The position numbers and the translations under genes were made by a program. From positions 1 to 43,199 of the forward strand of contig JAABSQ010000151.1 in assembly GCA_011390315.1 (NCBI GenBank): a stretch of 43,199 nucleotides of DNA, read 5' to 3'. Shown here in pieces: positions 23,584-33,349 of this stretch (the stretch's first letter is position 1; every line of letters starts with the position of its first letter). A model generated the notes under the pieces. It saw only the letters and a list, made by a program, of their open reading frames with translations. It made no database searches and was not told the DNA's origin. Source of the DNA: Desulfobacteraceae bacterium. GTDB taxonomy: Bacteria; Desulfobacterota; Desulfobacteria; Desulfobacterales; Desulfococcaceae.

Positions 23584-24942
23584 TCACCGGCTTTCGATTT
23601 TCCCCCGAATCATCTCCAGCTGTTTTCTCAGGCTTTCATCCGCCTTCATCTGTTTTTCCACCACTCCGATGGAATGAATGGCCGTGGCGTGGTATCGGTT
23701 GAAGCTTTTGCCGATGGCCTGCAGCGGCTGATCGGTATACTGCCGCGACAGATAGATGGCCACCTGTCGGGGTCGGACAATGTGCTTTTTGCGGGACCGG
23801 GAGACGATCTCCGATGGAGTGATGTTGAAGGCATCACACACCAGTTTTTTGATATAATCGACTGTAACGGCCTGCTTCTGCTGAACGATGTTCTGGATTA
23901 CGCTCTCAGCCAACCGCATATCGATGGGGGTTTTCAGCAGCGAGGACTTGGCCGTCACGCTGAGCAGACCGCCCTCCAGCTGACGGACGTTTTCCGAGAG
24001 TTCTCCGGCCAGGTATTCCACCACCCGGGGGGAGATGTTGCAACCGAGGGTTTCGATCTTTTTGTTGAGGATCTTCATTCGCGTCCGGAAATCGGGTGAC
24101 TCGATATTGGAGATCAACCCGCTGGTCAGTCGGGATCGAAGCTGCTCATTGATCTTGGGAATATCCGCGGGAAGATAACAGCTGGTGAAGATGATCTTTT
24201 TATCGGCATTGAAGAGATAATCGAGGGCCTGGGCCAGTTCGACCTGGGTGCGTTCCTTTCCGGTCAGAAAATGGATATCCTCCATCAGCAGGACGTCGCA
24301 CTGATTTCGGTATTTCATCTTGAACCGCTCGATGGAGTTGGTGCGAAACGCCTGCACCATCTCATTCATGAAATCCTCGGCGGTGATGTAATAGACGTTT
24401 TCATGGGGAAAACGGTCTAATATATAATGGCCGATGGCCTGGGACAGGTGACTCTTGCCCAATCCGGTTCGGGAAAGCAGAAAAAGGGAATTCTGATTCA
24501 TCTCCTCTCGGGAGGCCAGGGAAAGGGCGGCCGAATAGGCGAAATCGTTGTTATTGCCCACCACAAACCGATCGAATGTGAAATCCTTCCGCAACAACTG
24601 CCCGGTTCCGGACCCCTTGACGGGGATGTTGGGCAGACTCAACTGGGGCAGGGCATCGGGCCGCAGCGGATCGGAGTCGATGCGTTTTCGGACCTTGTCG
24701 TTTTTGGAGGGGATCTCCAGGACCAGTTTGCAGACGGTGGGGACCATGTTCTTGAATTGGGATTCAATCAGTCCGCTGTAATGATCGTGAACCCGTTTTC
24801 TGGAAAAAAAATTGGGGCAGGAGAGGACCACCGCGGGCCCCTCGTTTCTGACGAACTCGATGGGTTCGATCCACATCCGATAGCTGTGCCCGGGTATCTT
24901 TTTTTTCAACTCCGATTTAACTTCTTCCCAAATTTTTTGCAT
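23584..24942 (-). CDS. dnaA: Chromosomal replication initiator protein DnaA
   Basis: 452 aa. N-terminus MQKIWEEVKSELKKK..., AAA+ Walker A SRTGLGKSHL, and C-terminal DNA-binding domain ...VRPRQVAIYLSRQYT...IGKSFN. Confidence 0.95.
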   Translation of the reverse strand: MQKIWEEVKSELKKKIPGHSYRMWIEPIEFVRNEGPAVVLSCPNFFSRKRVHDHYSGLIESQFKNMVPTVCKLVLEIPSKNDKVRKRIDSDPLRPDALPQLSLPNIPVKGSGTGQLLRKDFTFDRFVVGNNNDFAYSAALSLASREEMNQNSLFLLSRTGLGKSHLSQAIGHYILDRFPHENVYYITAEDFMNEMVQAFRTNSIERFKMKYRNQCDVLLMEDIHFLTGKERTQVELAQALDYLFNADKKIIFTSCYLPADIPKINEQLRSRLTSGLISNIESPDFRTRMKILNKKIETLGCNISPRVVEYLAGELSENVRQLEGGLLSVTAKSSLLKTPIDMRLAESVIQNIVQQKQAVTVDYIKKLVCDAFNITPSEIVSRSRKKHIVRPRQVAIYLSRQYTDQPLQAIGKSFNRYHATAIHSIGVVEKQMKADESLRKQLEMIRGKIESR

Positions 24943-25482
24943 AGAACAACAATCTCAGGGACACTGGAACGAAGGTCGCGCCCGGCAATTACAACGATTA
25001 AAGGTTAATTAGGGATAAAAACGGCCTGAATGGTTCTATATCTGACAGTGGGAATCCGAATATGGGAGCAATATGTACGCCAATTGACATCTCCCGTCAA
25101 ACCGGATGAACAGGGTTTGCCCTCTGTTATTCGGGACCGGAAGCGTCTATTTCATATATTTGATTTTACTCACTTTAAATCCATTAAGCTCTTCAAACAT
25201 CCCGAAATACACTTTATTTTCGACCTGGTTTTTTGTCCAAACATTTTAAGTATATCCGGCCCGCATTCAAAAACCGGCGAAAACCGAATCTAACGAAATC
25301 TTAACAATTCTTCCAAAAACGCCTATTTTCGTATTCGAAAGATCCACCCCGTTTCCGATTCCGCTACCGGCGGAGAATGAACCCCCTGTGAATAGCATTT
25401 GAAAAAAAAACGCCGAACCGGTAATATGGTGTGTTTGGTTTCAGAGAGAATCGAAAATCCAATCCCTTTTGCGGGAAACGCC
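24943..25482. other. Candidate oriC / dnaA-uvrA divergent control region
   Basis: 540-bp non-coding region adjacent to dnaA. AT-rich core about 25141-25330. Degenerate DnaA-box-like 9-mers: TAGGGATAA 25010-25018 (7/9), TTGTCCAAA 25233-25241 (7/9), AGATCCACC 25340-25348 (6/9), TGTGAATAG 25387-25395 (7/9). Confidence 0.3.
25399..25427 (+). promoter_or_regulatory. Sigma70-type promoter candidate for uvrA
   Basis: TTGAAA-17 nt-TAATAT, about 55 nt upstream of ATG 25483. Confidence 0.55.
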
Positions 25483-28314
25483 ATGACATCCGAACACATC
25501 CATATCCGCGGGGCCCGGCAACACAACCTCAAAAACCTCGACCTCGACCTTCCCCGCAACCGGTTGGTGGTCATTACGGGGCTTTCGGGCTCGGGAAAGT
25601 CCTCCCTGGCCTTTGACACCCTTTACGCGGAGGGCCAACGCCGATATGTGGAATCCCTGTCCACCTATGCCCGGCAATTTTTGGAACGGATGGAAAAACC
25701 GGAGGTCGATCTGATCGAGGGCCTCTCCCCGGCCATCGCCATCGAACAGAAGACCGCCGGGCACAATCCCCGCTCCACGGTGGGCACGGTCACCGAGATC
25801 TATGACTACCTTCGGCTTCTGTACGCCCGAATCGGGGTTCCCCACTGCCATCGATGCGGAAAACCGATCACCGCCCAGTCTCTGGACCAGATCGTGGACC
25901 AGGTCATGACCCTGCCCGAACGGAGCAAAATCATCATCCTCTCCCCCCTGGTTTCCGATCAGAAGGGAGGGCATGAAAAACTGTTGCGGCACCTGCAAAA
26001 AGAAGGTTTTTCCCGGGTCCGGGTGAACGGAGACACCCTGGACATCGAATCGGTGTCCAAACTCCATCGGAATCGTAAACACACCATCGAGGTGGTGGTG
26101 GATCGACTGATCATCAAACCGGGCATCGAAAACCGCCTGGCCGATTCACTGGAACTGGCCGTCAACCGCTCCGAGGGCCGGGTCACCATCGACATTCCGG
26201 GCGGAGAGACCCTGCTTTTCAGTGAAACCGCGGCCTGCATCGACTGCGGCATCAGCTATCCGGAGTTTACCCCGGCCGGGTTTTCCTTCAATTCCCCCCA
26301 GGGGGCCTGCACCCGGTGCGACGGTCTGGGGGCCACCACCGAATTCGATCCCGATCTGATCATTCCCGATCCGGATCTCTCTTTGCGGGAGGGGGCGGTG
26401 GCGCCCTGGGCCAACCGGCATTCGGTCCACTTCATCGAATTTCTGGACGCCCTCACCGGTCACTACGGAGCGGATATCCACACCCCCTGCGCCGACCTTC
26501 CCGCCTCCTTGAAGGAGGCCTTGCTGTACGGTTCCAAGGGCGAGGAGATCACCTTTTATTTCGAACGTAAAAACCGAAAAATCACCTATCGGAAAGCCTT
26601 TGAAGGCATCATCCCCAAAATGGAGCGGCGGTATGTGGAAACCGATTCCCAGTCCGTCCGGGAGGAGATCCAGCACTACATGAATTTTCGACCCTGCCCC
26701 GAGTGCGGGGGGGACCGGCTCAACCCGGCCGCCCGGGCGGTCCGGGTCGGGGGGGAAACCCTGCCCCGGGTCACCGGCCGGTCGGTGGACGGGGCCTTTG
26801 AATTTTTCGACGACCTGACCCGGCGACTCACCGGAAAAGCCGCATTGATTGCCGAACGAATTCTGAAAGAAATACTGGAACGGCTGGGGTTTCTGCGAAA
26901 TGTGGGTCTCGCCTACCTGACCCTGGACCGGTCGGCCAACACCCTCTCCGGGGGCGAAAGCCAGCGGATTCGTCTGGCCACCCAGATCGGTTCCAAACTC
27001 ACCGGGGTGCTGTATGTCCTGGATGAACCCTCCATCGGGCTGCATCAGCGGGACAATCGGCGGCTTCTGGACACCCTTCTGGGGATGCGGAATCTGGGCA
27101 ATACGGTGCTGGTGGTGGAACATGATGAAGAGACCATCCGCACCGCCGATTACGTAGTCGATATGGGCCCCGGCGCCGGCCCGGGAGGCGGTGAGGTGGT
27201 CTTCAGCGGCCCGCCGGCGGCGCTTCTCACTTCGGAAAAGTCGCTCACCGGAGATTATTTTTCCGGCCGCAAACGGATCCCTGTCCCCTCCCGGCGGCGG
27301 GCCGGAAACGGACACCGTCTGACCATTCACGGGGCATCCGAAAACAACCTTCGAGGAATCGATGTCGCCTTTCCCCTGGGCTGCTTCATCTGCACCACCG
27401 GGGTGTCCGGTTCAGGGAAATCGACCCTGATCCTGGAGACCCTCTACCGAATTTTGGCCCGCAAACTGTATCGAAGCCGCACACCCGCCGGACGCCACGA
27501 CCGGATCACCGGGCTGGACCGGATCGACAAGGTGGTCCATATCGACCAGTCGCCCATCGGCCGCACGCCTCGCTCCAATCCGGGCACCTATACCGGTATC
27601 TTCACCCATATTCGGGAGGTCTTCTCCCGGACCCCCGAATCCCGAATGCGCGGCTACAAACCGGGGCGATTCAGTTTCAATGTCCGGGGCGGCCGGTGCG
27701 AGGCCTGCAAAGGGGACGGCATCATCAAAATCGAAATGCATTTTCTGCCGGACATCTATGTGCCCTGTGATGTCTGCCGGGGAAAGCGGTACAACCGGGA
27801 AACCCTGGAGGTGAAATACAAGGGAAAAAACATCTCGGAGGTTCTCGATCTCACGGTCAACCAGGCCCTCGGCTTTTTCGAAAATCTGCCCAATATTCGA
27901 ACCAGACTGGAGACCCTGATGGAGGTGGGGCTGGGATACATTCGCATCGGACAGCCCGCCACCACCTTGTCGGGCGGAGAAGCCCAGCGGGTCAAGCTCT
28001 CCCGGGAGTTGAGCAAACGGGCCACCGGCCGCACCATCTATATCCTCGACGAACCCACCACCGGCCTCCACATCGACGACATTCAAAAACTGCTGCATGT
28101 TCTGGATCATTTGGTGGAGATGGGAAACACGGTGATCGTGATCGAACACAACCTGGACGTCATCAAATCCGCCGATCATATCATCGATCTCGGTCCCGAA
28201 GGGGGTGAGGGCGGGGGCCGAATCGTGACCTTCGGAACGCCGGAGGCGGTGTCCGAAAACCCCGATTCCCATACCGGACGATTTTTGAAGCCGATTCTGG
28301 AGCGGGGTTATTGA
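25483..28314 (+). CDS. uvrA: Excinuclease ABC subunit UvrA
   Basis: ORF 25399..28314 trimmed to ATG 25483 ([21 protein letters not shown]...). Two ABC modules ([18 protein letters not shown]) and zinc-finger Cys clusters. Confidence 0.95.
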   Translation: MTSEHIHIRGARQHNLKNLDLDLPRNRLVVITGLSGSGKSSLAFDTLYAEGQRRYVESLSTYARQFLERMEKPEVDLIEGLSPAIAIEQKTAGHNPRSTVGTVTEIYDYLRLLYARIGVPHCHRCGKPITAQSLDQIVDQVMTLPERSKIIILSPLVSDQKGGHEKLLRHLQKEGFSRVRVNGDTLDIESVSKLHRNRKHTIEVVVDRLIIKPGIENRLADSLELAVNRSEGRVTIDIPGGETLLFSETAACIDCGISYPEFTPAGFSFNSPQGACTRCDGLGATTEFDPDLIIPDPDLSLREGAVAPWANRHSVHFIEFLDALTGHYGADIHTPCADLPASLKEALLYGSKGEEITFYFERKNRKITYRKAFEGIIPKMERRYVETDSQSVREEIQHYMNFRPCPECGGDRLNPAARAVRVGGETLPRVTGRSVDGAFEFFDDLTRRLTGKAALIAERILKEILERLGFLRNVGLAYLTLDRSANTLSGGESQRIRLATQIGSKLTGVLYVLDEPSIGLHQRDNRRLLDTLLGMRNLGNTVLVVEHDEETIRTADYVVDMGPGAGPGGGEVVFSGPPAALLTSEKSLTGDYFSGRKRIPVPSRRRAGNGHRLTIHGASENNLRGIDVAFPLGCFICTTGVSGSGKSTLILETLYRILARKLYRSRTPAGRHDRITGLDRIDKVVHIDQSPIGRTPRSNPGTYTGIFTHIREVFSRTPESRMRGYKPGRFSFNVRGGRCEACKGDGIIKIEMHFLPDIYVPCDVCRGKRYNRETLEVKYKGKNISEVLDLTVNQALGFFENLPNIRTRLETLMEVGLGYIRIGQPATTLSGGEAQRVKLSRELSKRATGRTIYILDEPTTGLHIDDIQKLLHVLDHLVEMGNTVIVIEHNLDVIKSADHIIDLGPEGGEGGGRIVTFGTPEAVSENPDSHTGRFLKPILERGY

Positions 28315-28370
28315 TGAAACCGGCTGCGGCTCCGTGTTCTCATTGAATCCGGGAGCGATCAGGCGCCGGC

Positions 28371-28417
28371 AAAAAAAATAGGGCTGTCTCCCCGAGGGAG
28401 GCAACCCTATTTTTTTG
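28371..28417. terminator. Bidirectional intrinsic terminator between uvrA and atpE
   Basis: A8-ATAGGG...CTCCC-cga-GGGAG...CCCTAT-T7, a long interrupted stem flanked by A and T runs. Confidence 0.8.
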
Positions 28418-28434
28418 AAGCAACGAAAAAGTCT

Positions 28435-28716
28435 TTATTTGGCGAACAGCTCCGCGATGGCGCCTGCCTGAGGATGCGCATAGATCAGGATCAAGGCGAT
28501 AACCAAGGCGTAGATACAGAGAGACTCGATCATGGCCAGACCGATCAGCATGGTCACCGTGACCTTACCGGAGGATTCCGGATTTCTGGCGATCCCTTCC
28601 ACAGCGGACTTGAGACCCAGACCCTGGCCGATGCCGCACCCGAAGGCGGCGACGGCGATTCCGAAACCGGCGGCAGTAACACAGGCGATAAAGAATTGCA
28701 ATGCTTGAGCTTCCAT
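28435..28716 (-). CDS. atpE: F0F1 ATP synthase subunit c
   Basis: 93 aa. Hairpin of two TM helices with polar loop ARNPE and carboxylate in [13 protein letters not shown]. Confidence 0.9.
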   Translation of the reverse strand: MEAQALQFFIACVTAAGFGIAVAAFGCGIGQGLGLKSAVEGIARNPESSGKVTVTMLIGLAMIESLCIYALVIALILIYAHPQAGAIAELFAK

Positions 28717-28779
28717 ACTCTACTTGACCTCCTTTAGAAAAAAATTGAGTTGATGAAAATAATACGCTTCTTCCATTGT

Positions 28780-28797
28780 CCCATTAATCCCATTAAT
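28780..28797. repeat. Tandem 9-nt x 2 repeat (CCCATTAAT) in the atpB-atpE spacer
   Basis: Read directly. Confidence 0.9.
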
Positions 28798-28851
28798 CAG
28801 ACACTGTATGTACGGTAAGGATGTAACGATTTGTTTTACTCTATTTCCGAA

Positions 28852-29547
28852 TCAGTGGGCGTGTTCCATCGCACCGGTGAAGTACATGATGGACAAAAGG
28901 AAAAACACAAATGCCTGTACCAGGGCCACGAAAATACCCAGCGCCATAATCGGAAGGGGTGCGAAAAAGGCCCCGGCCAGACCGAAAAGAATCGCCAATA
29001 CCAGTTCATGACCCATCATGTTGCCGAAAAGCCGGAAAGAGAGCGACAGGATACGGGCGACATGGCCGATGAGTTCGATCGGAAAGATGATGGGAACCAT
29101 CCACCAGACCGGCCCCAGAAAATGTTTGATGTAGCCGGCGCCGTGGTATTTGATCCCGATCACATGGGTAAAGACCACCACCACCAGTGCACAGGAGAGG
29201 GTGGTATTGAGGCTGGCGGTGGGCGGAAAAAACCCGGGGACCAGACCGATCAGATTGGATACGAAGATGAAGATGAAGATGGTGGCCACGATGGGAAAGA
29301 GCCAGCGGCCCTCCTCACCGGTGATCTCGACCATGAAATCTTCGATGCCCGCCACCATGATTTCAAAAAAGTTCTGCATTCTGGTGGGGATCAATTCCAT
29401 CCCCTTGGATGCGAGAAATCCCAGGCTGATCAGCAGAATCATCACCACCCAGGTATAGATGACATGGGGATATGCATGGGCAAAATGGGCCACACCGCCG
29501 CCGACGAGATCAAACAGTTTGACGAAGAAGAGATAGGGATGTTCCAC
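28852..29547 (-). CDS. atpB: F0F1 ATP synthase subunit a
   Basis: ORF 28852..29598 trimmed to GTG 29547 (VEHPYLFFVKLF...), 9 nt after an AAGGAGG RBS and 1 nt after the atpI stop. Conserved Arg block LSLSFRLFGNM. Confidence 0.9.
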   Translation of the reverse strand: MEHPYLFFVKLFDLVGGGVAHFAHAYPHVIYTWVVMILLISLGFLASKGMELIPTRMQNFFEIMVAGIEDFMVEITGEEGRWLFPIVATIFIFIFVSNLIGLVPGFFPPTASLNTTLSCALVVVVFTHVIGIKYHGAGYIKHFLGPVWWMVPIIFPIELIGHVARILSLSFRLFGNMMGHELVLAILFGLAGAFFAPLPIMALGIFVALVQAFVFFLLSIMYFTGAMEHAH

Positions 29548-29548
29548 C

Positions 29549-29935
29549 TTACACTGCCTCCTTGAAGAAAAGATTTTTGAATTCGAACACCGTGGCAAGC
29601 ATAATGCTCACCACCACTACCGACAGGCCGACAAACAGACCCAGAGGATGTACATAGTGGTTGGAGATCAAAAAGAATATGATCAATCCGCTTAAGAGAA
29701 AGCGGAGGTAATACTTGGCCAGGATGACATTGTGGCTGGTGAGTCGGGAAGGGGTGAACGCCTTTTTCAGGGTTCGGTACAGGAGATGGAAATTGACGGT
29801 GACGATGAGCCCGCCGAAAAGGACGCCGCGGGCAAAGGCCGGCGGCATCACCAGAAACCCGGCGATGCTCACACTTGCAAACAGGAGCCAGTTGGTGACT
29901 GTGACGAATTTTAGAAGGCGTTCTTGGATATTCAA
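29549..29935 (-). CDS. atpI: ATP synthase protein I (AtpI-like)
   Basis: 128-aa four-helix hydrophobic protein immediately upstream of atpB. Confidence 0.65.
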   Translation of the reverse strand: MNIQERLLKFVTVTNWLLFASVSIAGFLVMPPAFARGVLFGGLIVTVNFHLLYRTLKKAFTPSRLTSHNVILAKYYLRFLLSGLIIFFLISNHYVHPLGLFVGLSVVVVSIMLATVFEFKNLFFKEAV

Positions 29936-29939
29936 ACCG

Positions 29940-30173
29940 CTATTTTTCCCAGTTCCGATTTCTGCTCTTCTTGATAGCCAGTCCGATGTTTCTGTATCCG
30001 GCGGCGATTCCCATCCCTAAAAAGACAAATGTGAGCCAGGGATGGGTTCCAAAGCGCCCGTCAAGATAAAGGCCGATTCCCAGTCCGATGAAGATGGACA
30101 GGGCGAGCGCGAATCCGATGCTGCTGTAGTATGCCAGTTCTCTGAAGTACTTGACGTCTTTCTTATCGCTCAT
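29940..30173 (-). CDS. atpZ: AtpZ/AtpI family small membrane protein
   Basis: 77 aa, two TM helices. First gene of the atpZ-atpI-atpB-atpE unit. Confidence 0.65.
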   Translation of the reverse strand: MSDKKDVKYFRELAYYSSIGFALALSIFIGLGIGLYLDGRFGTHPWLTFVFLGMGIAAGYRNIGLAIKKSRNRNWEK

Positions 30174-30207
30174 TTATGGGAAATTCCCACCAACCTTAAG
30201 GTTCGCA

Positions 30208-30236
30208 TGTTTAGCACAGGGCCTTGGGCAAGTCAA
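30208..30236 (-). promoter_or_regulatory. Sigma70-type promoter candidate for the atpZIBE operon
   Basis: Minus strand TTGACT-17 nt-TAAACA. Confidence 0.5.
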
Positions 30237-30262
30237 TGAAAAATCGAGATCAAAATAAATAT

Positions 30263-31060
30263 TCACAGGTTGAGCCGGTCCGCCTCAAAGACCGGCCCGT
30301 CGATGCAGGCGTGCAGGTATTTGCCCGGATCGGCCCCCTCGACGGCGCACCCCAGGCAGGCCCCCAGGCCGCAGGCCATCAGACTTTCGATGGAGACCTG
30401 GCAGGGCGCCCGGTACCGCCGGGCGATTTTGGCCACCGCGCGGATCATGGGCAGGGGGCCGCAGGCGTAGATCCGGTCCGGGGCCCGCTCCGCCACCGCC
30501 CGTTCCAGGGGGGTGGTGACCAGATCCCGAAGACCGGCACTGCCGTCTTCGGTAGTCAGATGCACCGTCCGCATGCCGACGCTGATGAAATCATTCATGC
30601 ACAGAAGGTCGTCCCGGGAGCGGCCTCCGATAAAGATCCGGCTTTCGGTCAGATCCACCCCGGCCTTCTCCAGGGTGGCGGAGAGAAAAAACATCGGCGC
30701 CACCCCGATGCCGCCCGCGACGATGAACACCCGGCGGGTATTTTCCGGAATCTTGAAATGGGTCCCCAGGGGGCCCAGCAGATCCAGGCCGTCCCCCTTG
30801 CGGGAAAGGGATAATTTTTCCGTGCCGGTTCCCACCACCTTGTAAAGCAGTTCAATCCCCGCAGTCCGGCCTTGATGGAGGATCAACCGGTGAATGGAAA
30901 AGGGGCGGCGAAGCAGGGGGGTGACCTCATCCGGAAACCGGACCATCACGAACTGCCCCGGCTTGGCCCGGGAATACCCGGGATTGCTCTGCATGCCGAT
31001 GCGATAATATCCGGAGCACTCGAGGGTGTTCCAGAGGACTTTGACTCTTTCCTGAAACAT
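30263..31060 (-). CDS. PyrK-like FAD/NAD(P)-binding 2Fe-2S electron-transfer subunit (dihydroorotate dehydrogenase B electron-transfer subunit family)
   Basis: 265 aa. RPFSI FAD block, GGIGVAPM NAD block and C-terminal cluster MACGLGACLGCAV...C. No catalytic partner gene is adjacent. Confidence 0.8.
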   Translation of the reverse strand: MFQERVKVLWNTLECSGYYRIGMQSNPGYSRAKPGQFVMVRFPDEVTPLLRRPFSIHRLILHQGRTAGIELLYKVVGTGTEKLSLSRKGDGLDLLGPLGTHFKIPENTRRVFIVAGGIGVAPMFFLSATLEKAGVDLTESRIFIGGRSRDDLLCMNDFISVGMRTVHLTTEDGSAGLRDLVTTPLERAVAERAPDRIYACGPLPMIRAVAKIARRYRAPCQVSIESLMACGLGACLGCAVEGADPGKYLHACIDGPVFEADRLNL

Positions 31061-31081
31061 GGTTCCATCCTTTCAGGTCCA

Positions 31082-31867
31082 TTACCCTTCGGGAGCCTTT
31101 CCCATCTCGGCGGAGACCAGATCCCCCACAAAACTGCCCACGATCACTTCACTTTCGATTCGCACCAGAAGCCGTCTCGAATCCGCCGTCACCCAGAGCC
31201 GAATTTCGGCATTCTCGCTCTTTTCAAAAACCCCGCCCACATGATCGAGCTCGGGTTTCATCAAAAAGGTGTCATATTCCCGGCCGCCCACTCGTATGGT
31301 TTCCCGCTTGACCACCGCCACCCGGCCGATGACGTTTTTCTTGCCGTCGGTGATCGGCCGTTGAAGAACCATGCCCTCTTTCAGGTCGAACAGCCGGACG
31401 AAATAGAAGGCGGAGATCGGATCAAAGGTGCCGGGCAGAATCGGAATGGGGTCTTTGGCTTTGTCGAAATTGACGTACCGGGCGGTGCGGTTTTGCCAGT
31501 CGAAATTCACCACGATATCCCGCTTGTGACCGCCTTCCCGCTGTTTTTTCTTGTACAGCAGGGAGCGATCCATGCCGGAATCGGCAAACCCTTGCACATG
31601 ATCCCGCACCTTGTAGAAGGTATCCACAAACCGGTTCGACTTGGCTTTGGCGGTGAAATGAAAGGCGGGCGCCCCTTCGATCGTGGTCATCGGCAATACC
31701 TCCAGGGTCGCATGTCCGGCCGGAATAAACTCCCACCGAAGTTCATAGGTGAGTTTTTCCCCGGGGTGGAAGGGTCTGGTCCCGTCCGCCGGAGAAGAGA
31801 CGGCGATCTCCTGGGCGGAAACGGGGAACGAAAAAAGAAGCAGTGCGGCCCACAGAAATTTTAGCAT
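31082..31867 (-). CDS. DUF3108 domain protein (secreted)
   Basis: ORF 31082..32065 trimmed to ATG 31867 (MLKFLWAALLLFSFPVSAQE signal peptide). KLTYELRWEFIPAGHATLEV is typical of DUF3108. Confidence 0.7.
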   Translation of the reverse strand: MLKFLWAALLLFSFPVSAQEIAVSSPADGTRPFHPGEKLTYELRWEFIPAGHATLEVLPMTTIEGAPAFHFTAKAKSNRFVDTFYKVRDHVQGFADSGMDRSLLYKKKQREGGHKRDIVVNFDWQNRTARYVNFDKAKDPIPILPGTFDPISAFYFVRLFDLKEGMVLQRPITDGKKNVIGRVAVVKRETIRVGGREYDTFLMKPELDHVGGVFEKSENAEIRLWVTADSRRLLVRIESEVIVGSFVGDLVSAEMGKAPEG

Positions 31868-32043
31868 AAATTCCCATCTGGAGATTTTGGTCTGACGCCG
31901 GAATCCGAAGAGGTCCAAAAAGAGGTTTCCGAACCGGATCGGGTCGAATGTAGCGTCTTTACCCTTCCAGGTCAAGGCGACAATCGGATCGGACCCGAAA
32001 GGGCCGATTCTTCGCCTAAAAGCGGTTCGCACCACTCCGGAAT

Positions 32044-32258
32044 TCATTCCCCGTTCAATTTGCACAGGATTTCACAAATTTTCCGGGACAGCGCCGACAG
32101 GGTAAACGGCTTTTGAATAAATCCGTCACATCCCCGGTTCAGCAGCTGTTCGGTCTGGCCGTTTCGGCTGTACCCGCAGATAAAGACCCAGCACCAGAAG
32201 AATGGTCACCAGAAATTCCCGACGAATAGGGTTTCTATCCAACGATCCATTCACCGGG
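32044..32258 (-). pseudogene. Remnant of a sensor kinase / receiver-domain gene (N-terminal TM stub plus C-terminal receiver fragment in different frames)
   Basis: Own translation. One frame gives VFICGYSRNGQTEQLLNRGCDGFIQKPFTLSALSRKICEILCKLNGE-stop (receiver alpha4-beta5-alpha5 region, stop at 32044-32046). The adjacent upstream frame gives (GTG)NGSLDRNPIRREFLVTILLVLGLYL, a TM-like stub. No intact ORF. Confidence 0.35.
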
Positions 32259-32349
32259 GAGCATTTCAAAAACAAAAATTTTCGGTTGTAAAGCCGAAAG
32301 GCACATGTTACCTTTATTTATCCTTATTTTTCAACTATTGATCCTGAAC

Positions 32350-33345
32350 ATGCCCGAATCCCTCATCCTGAAAAACGATATATCCGAAATTCGTCGATTG
32401 CATCGGTCGGTGATTCCGTTCGCGGAACAGAACTGGCTGGGCAAAGGGAGCCACTGTTCCTATTGCGGATCACCCTTCCTCCGGGGGGAGTCCTGGCCCA
32501 GAACCTGCGACCGCTGTCGATACACCTCCTTTCGAAATCCGATTCCGGTGGCCGTGGTTCTGGTACCGGTGGATGACGGGCTGGTGTTTATCCGCCGGTC
32601 CATCGAGCCCCGAAAGGGGCGGCTGGCCCTTCCGGGCGGGTACGTCAACACCGGAGAAACCTGGCGGGAAGCCGGGGCACGGGAGGTCCTGGAGGAAACC
32701 GGGATCGCCCTGAATCCCGAAGAGATTCAAGAATTCATGGTGCGAAGCGCGCCCGACGACACCCTCCTGATCTTCGGACGGGCCCGGCCCAGAGGCGCCC
32801 GAGACCTTCCCGCCTTCCAGGTCACCGACGAGACCACCGAACGGGTGGTGCTGCCCTTCTCCCCGCCGGATCAGGCCTTTCGGCTTCACGGAGACGCCGC
32901 GGCCGCGCACTTCGACCAAACCGGCTTGCAGAACCCCCGGCCCCGAATCGGGGTGGCCGCCATCGTGGTCAAAGACGGAAAGGTCCTTCTGGGAAAACGG
33001 CGAAACGCGCACGGCCAAGGGACCTGGCAATTTCCCGGAGGGCATCTCGAGTACGGCGAATCGGTCGAGGATTGCGCACGCCGGGAGGTGTGGGAAGAAG
33101 CCGGTATCCGCATCCTCGATCTTCGCATCGGCCCCTACACCAATGACCGCTTTGAAGCGGAAAGAAAGCACTACATCACCCTCTTTGTGACCGCCCGGTA
33201 TGAATCGGGATCGGTGCGGCGCAGGGAGCCCCATAAATGCGAGGGATGGGCCTGGTTCCGGTGGTCCCGACTGCCGGAGCCCCGGTTTTTGCCCATTCAA
33301 AACCTGATGAAGACGGGATTTCGCCCGGACGGGCTGTCCCGGTGA
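32350..33345 (+). CDS. Tandem Nudix hydrolase fusion (Zn-ribbon + Nudix, then a MutT-like Nudix)
   Basis: Two complete Nudix boxes: GGYVNTGETWREAGAREVLEETGI and GGHLEYGESVEDCARREVWEEAGI. CSYCG...CDRC zinc ribbon before the first. Start at ATG 32350 (the track ORF starts at 32305). Confidence 0.8.
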   Translation: MPESLILKNDISEIRRLHRSVIPFAEQNWLGKGSHCSYCGSPFLRGESWPRTCDRCRYTSFRNPIPVAVVLVPVDDGLVFIRRSIEPRKGRLALPGGYVNTGETWREAGAREVLEETGIALNPEEIQEFMVRSAPDDTLLIFGRARPRGARDLPAFQVTDETTERVVLPFSPPDQAFRLHGDAAAAHFDQTGLQNPRPRIGVAAIVVKDGKVLLGKRRNAHGQGTWQFPGGHLEYGESVEDCARREVWEEAGIRILDLRIGPYTNDRFEAERKHYITLFVTARYESGSVRRREPHKCEGWAWFRWSRLPEPRFLPIQNLMKTGFRPDGLSR

Positions 33346-33349
33346 GGAG

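Noticed and set aside
25330-25482. LexA/SOS box in front of uvrA
   Set aside because: I could not find a CTGT-N8-ACAG, GGTT-N10-ACC-type or other palindrome resembling known LexA sites. CTGTGAATAGCATTTG lacks the second half-site.
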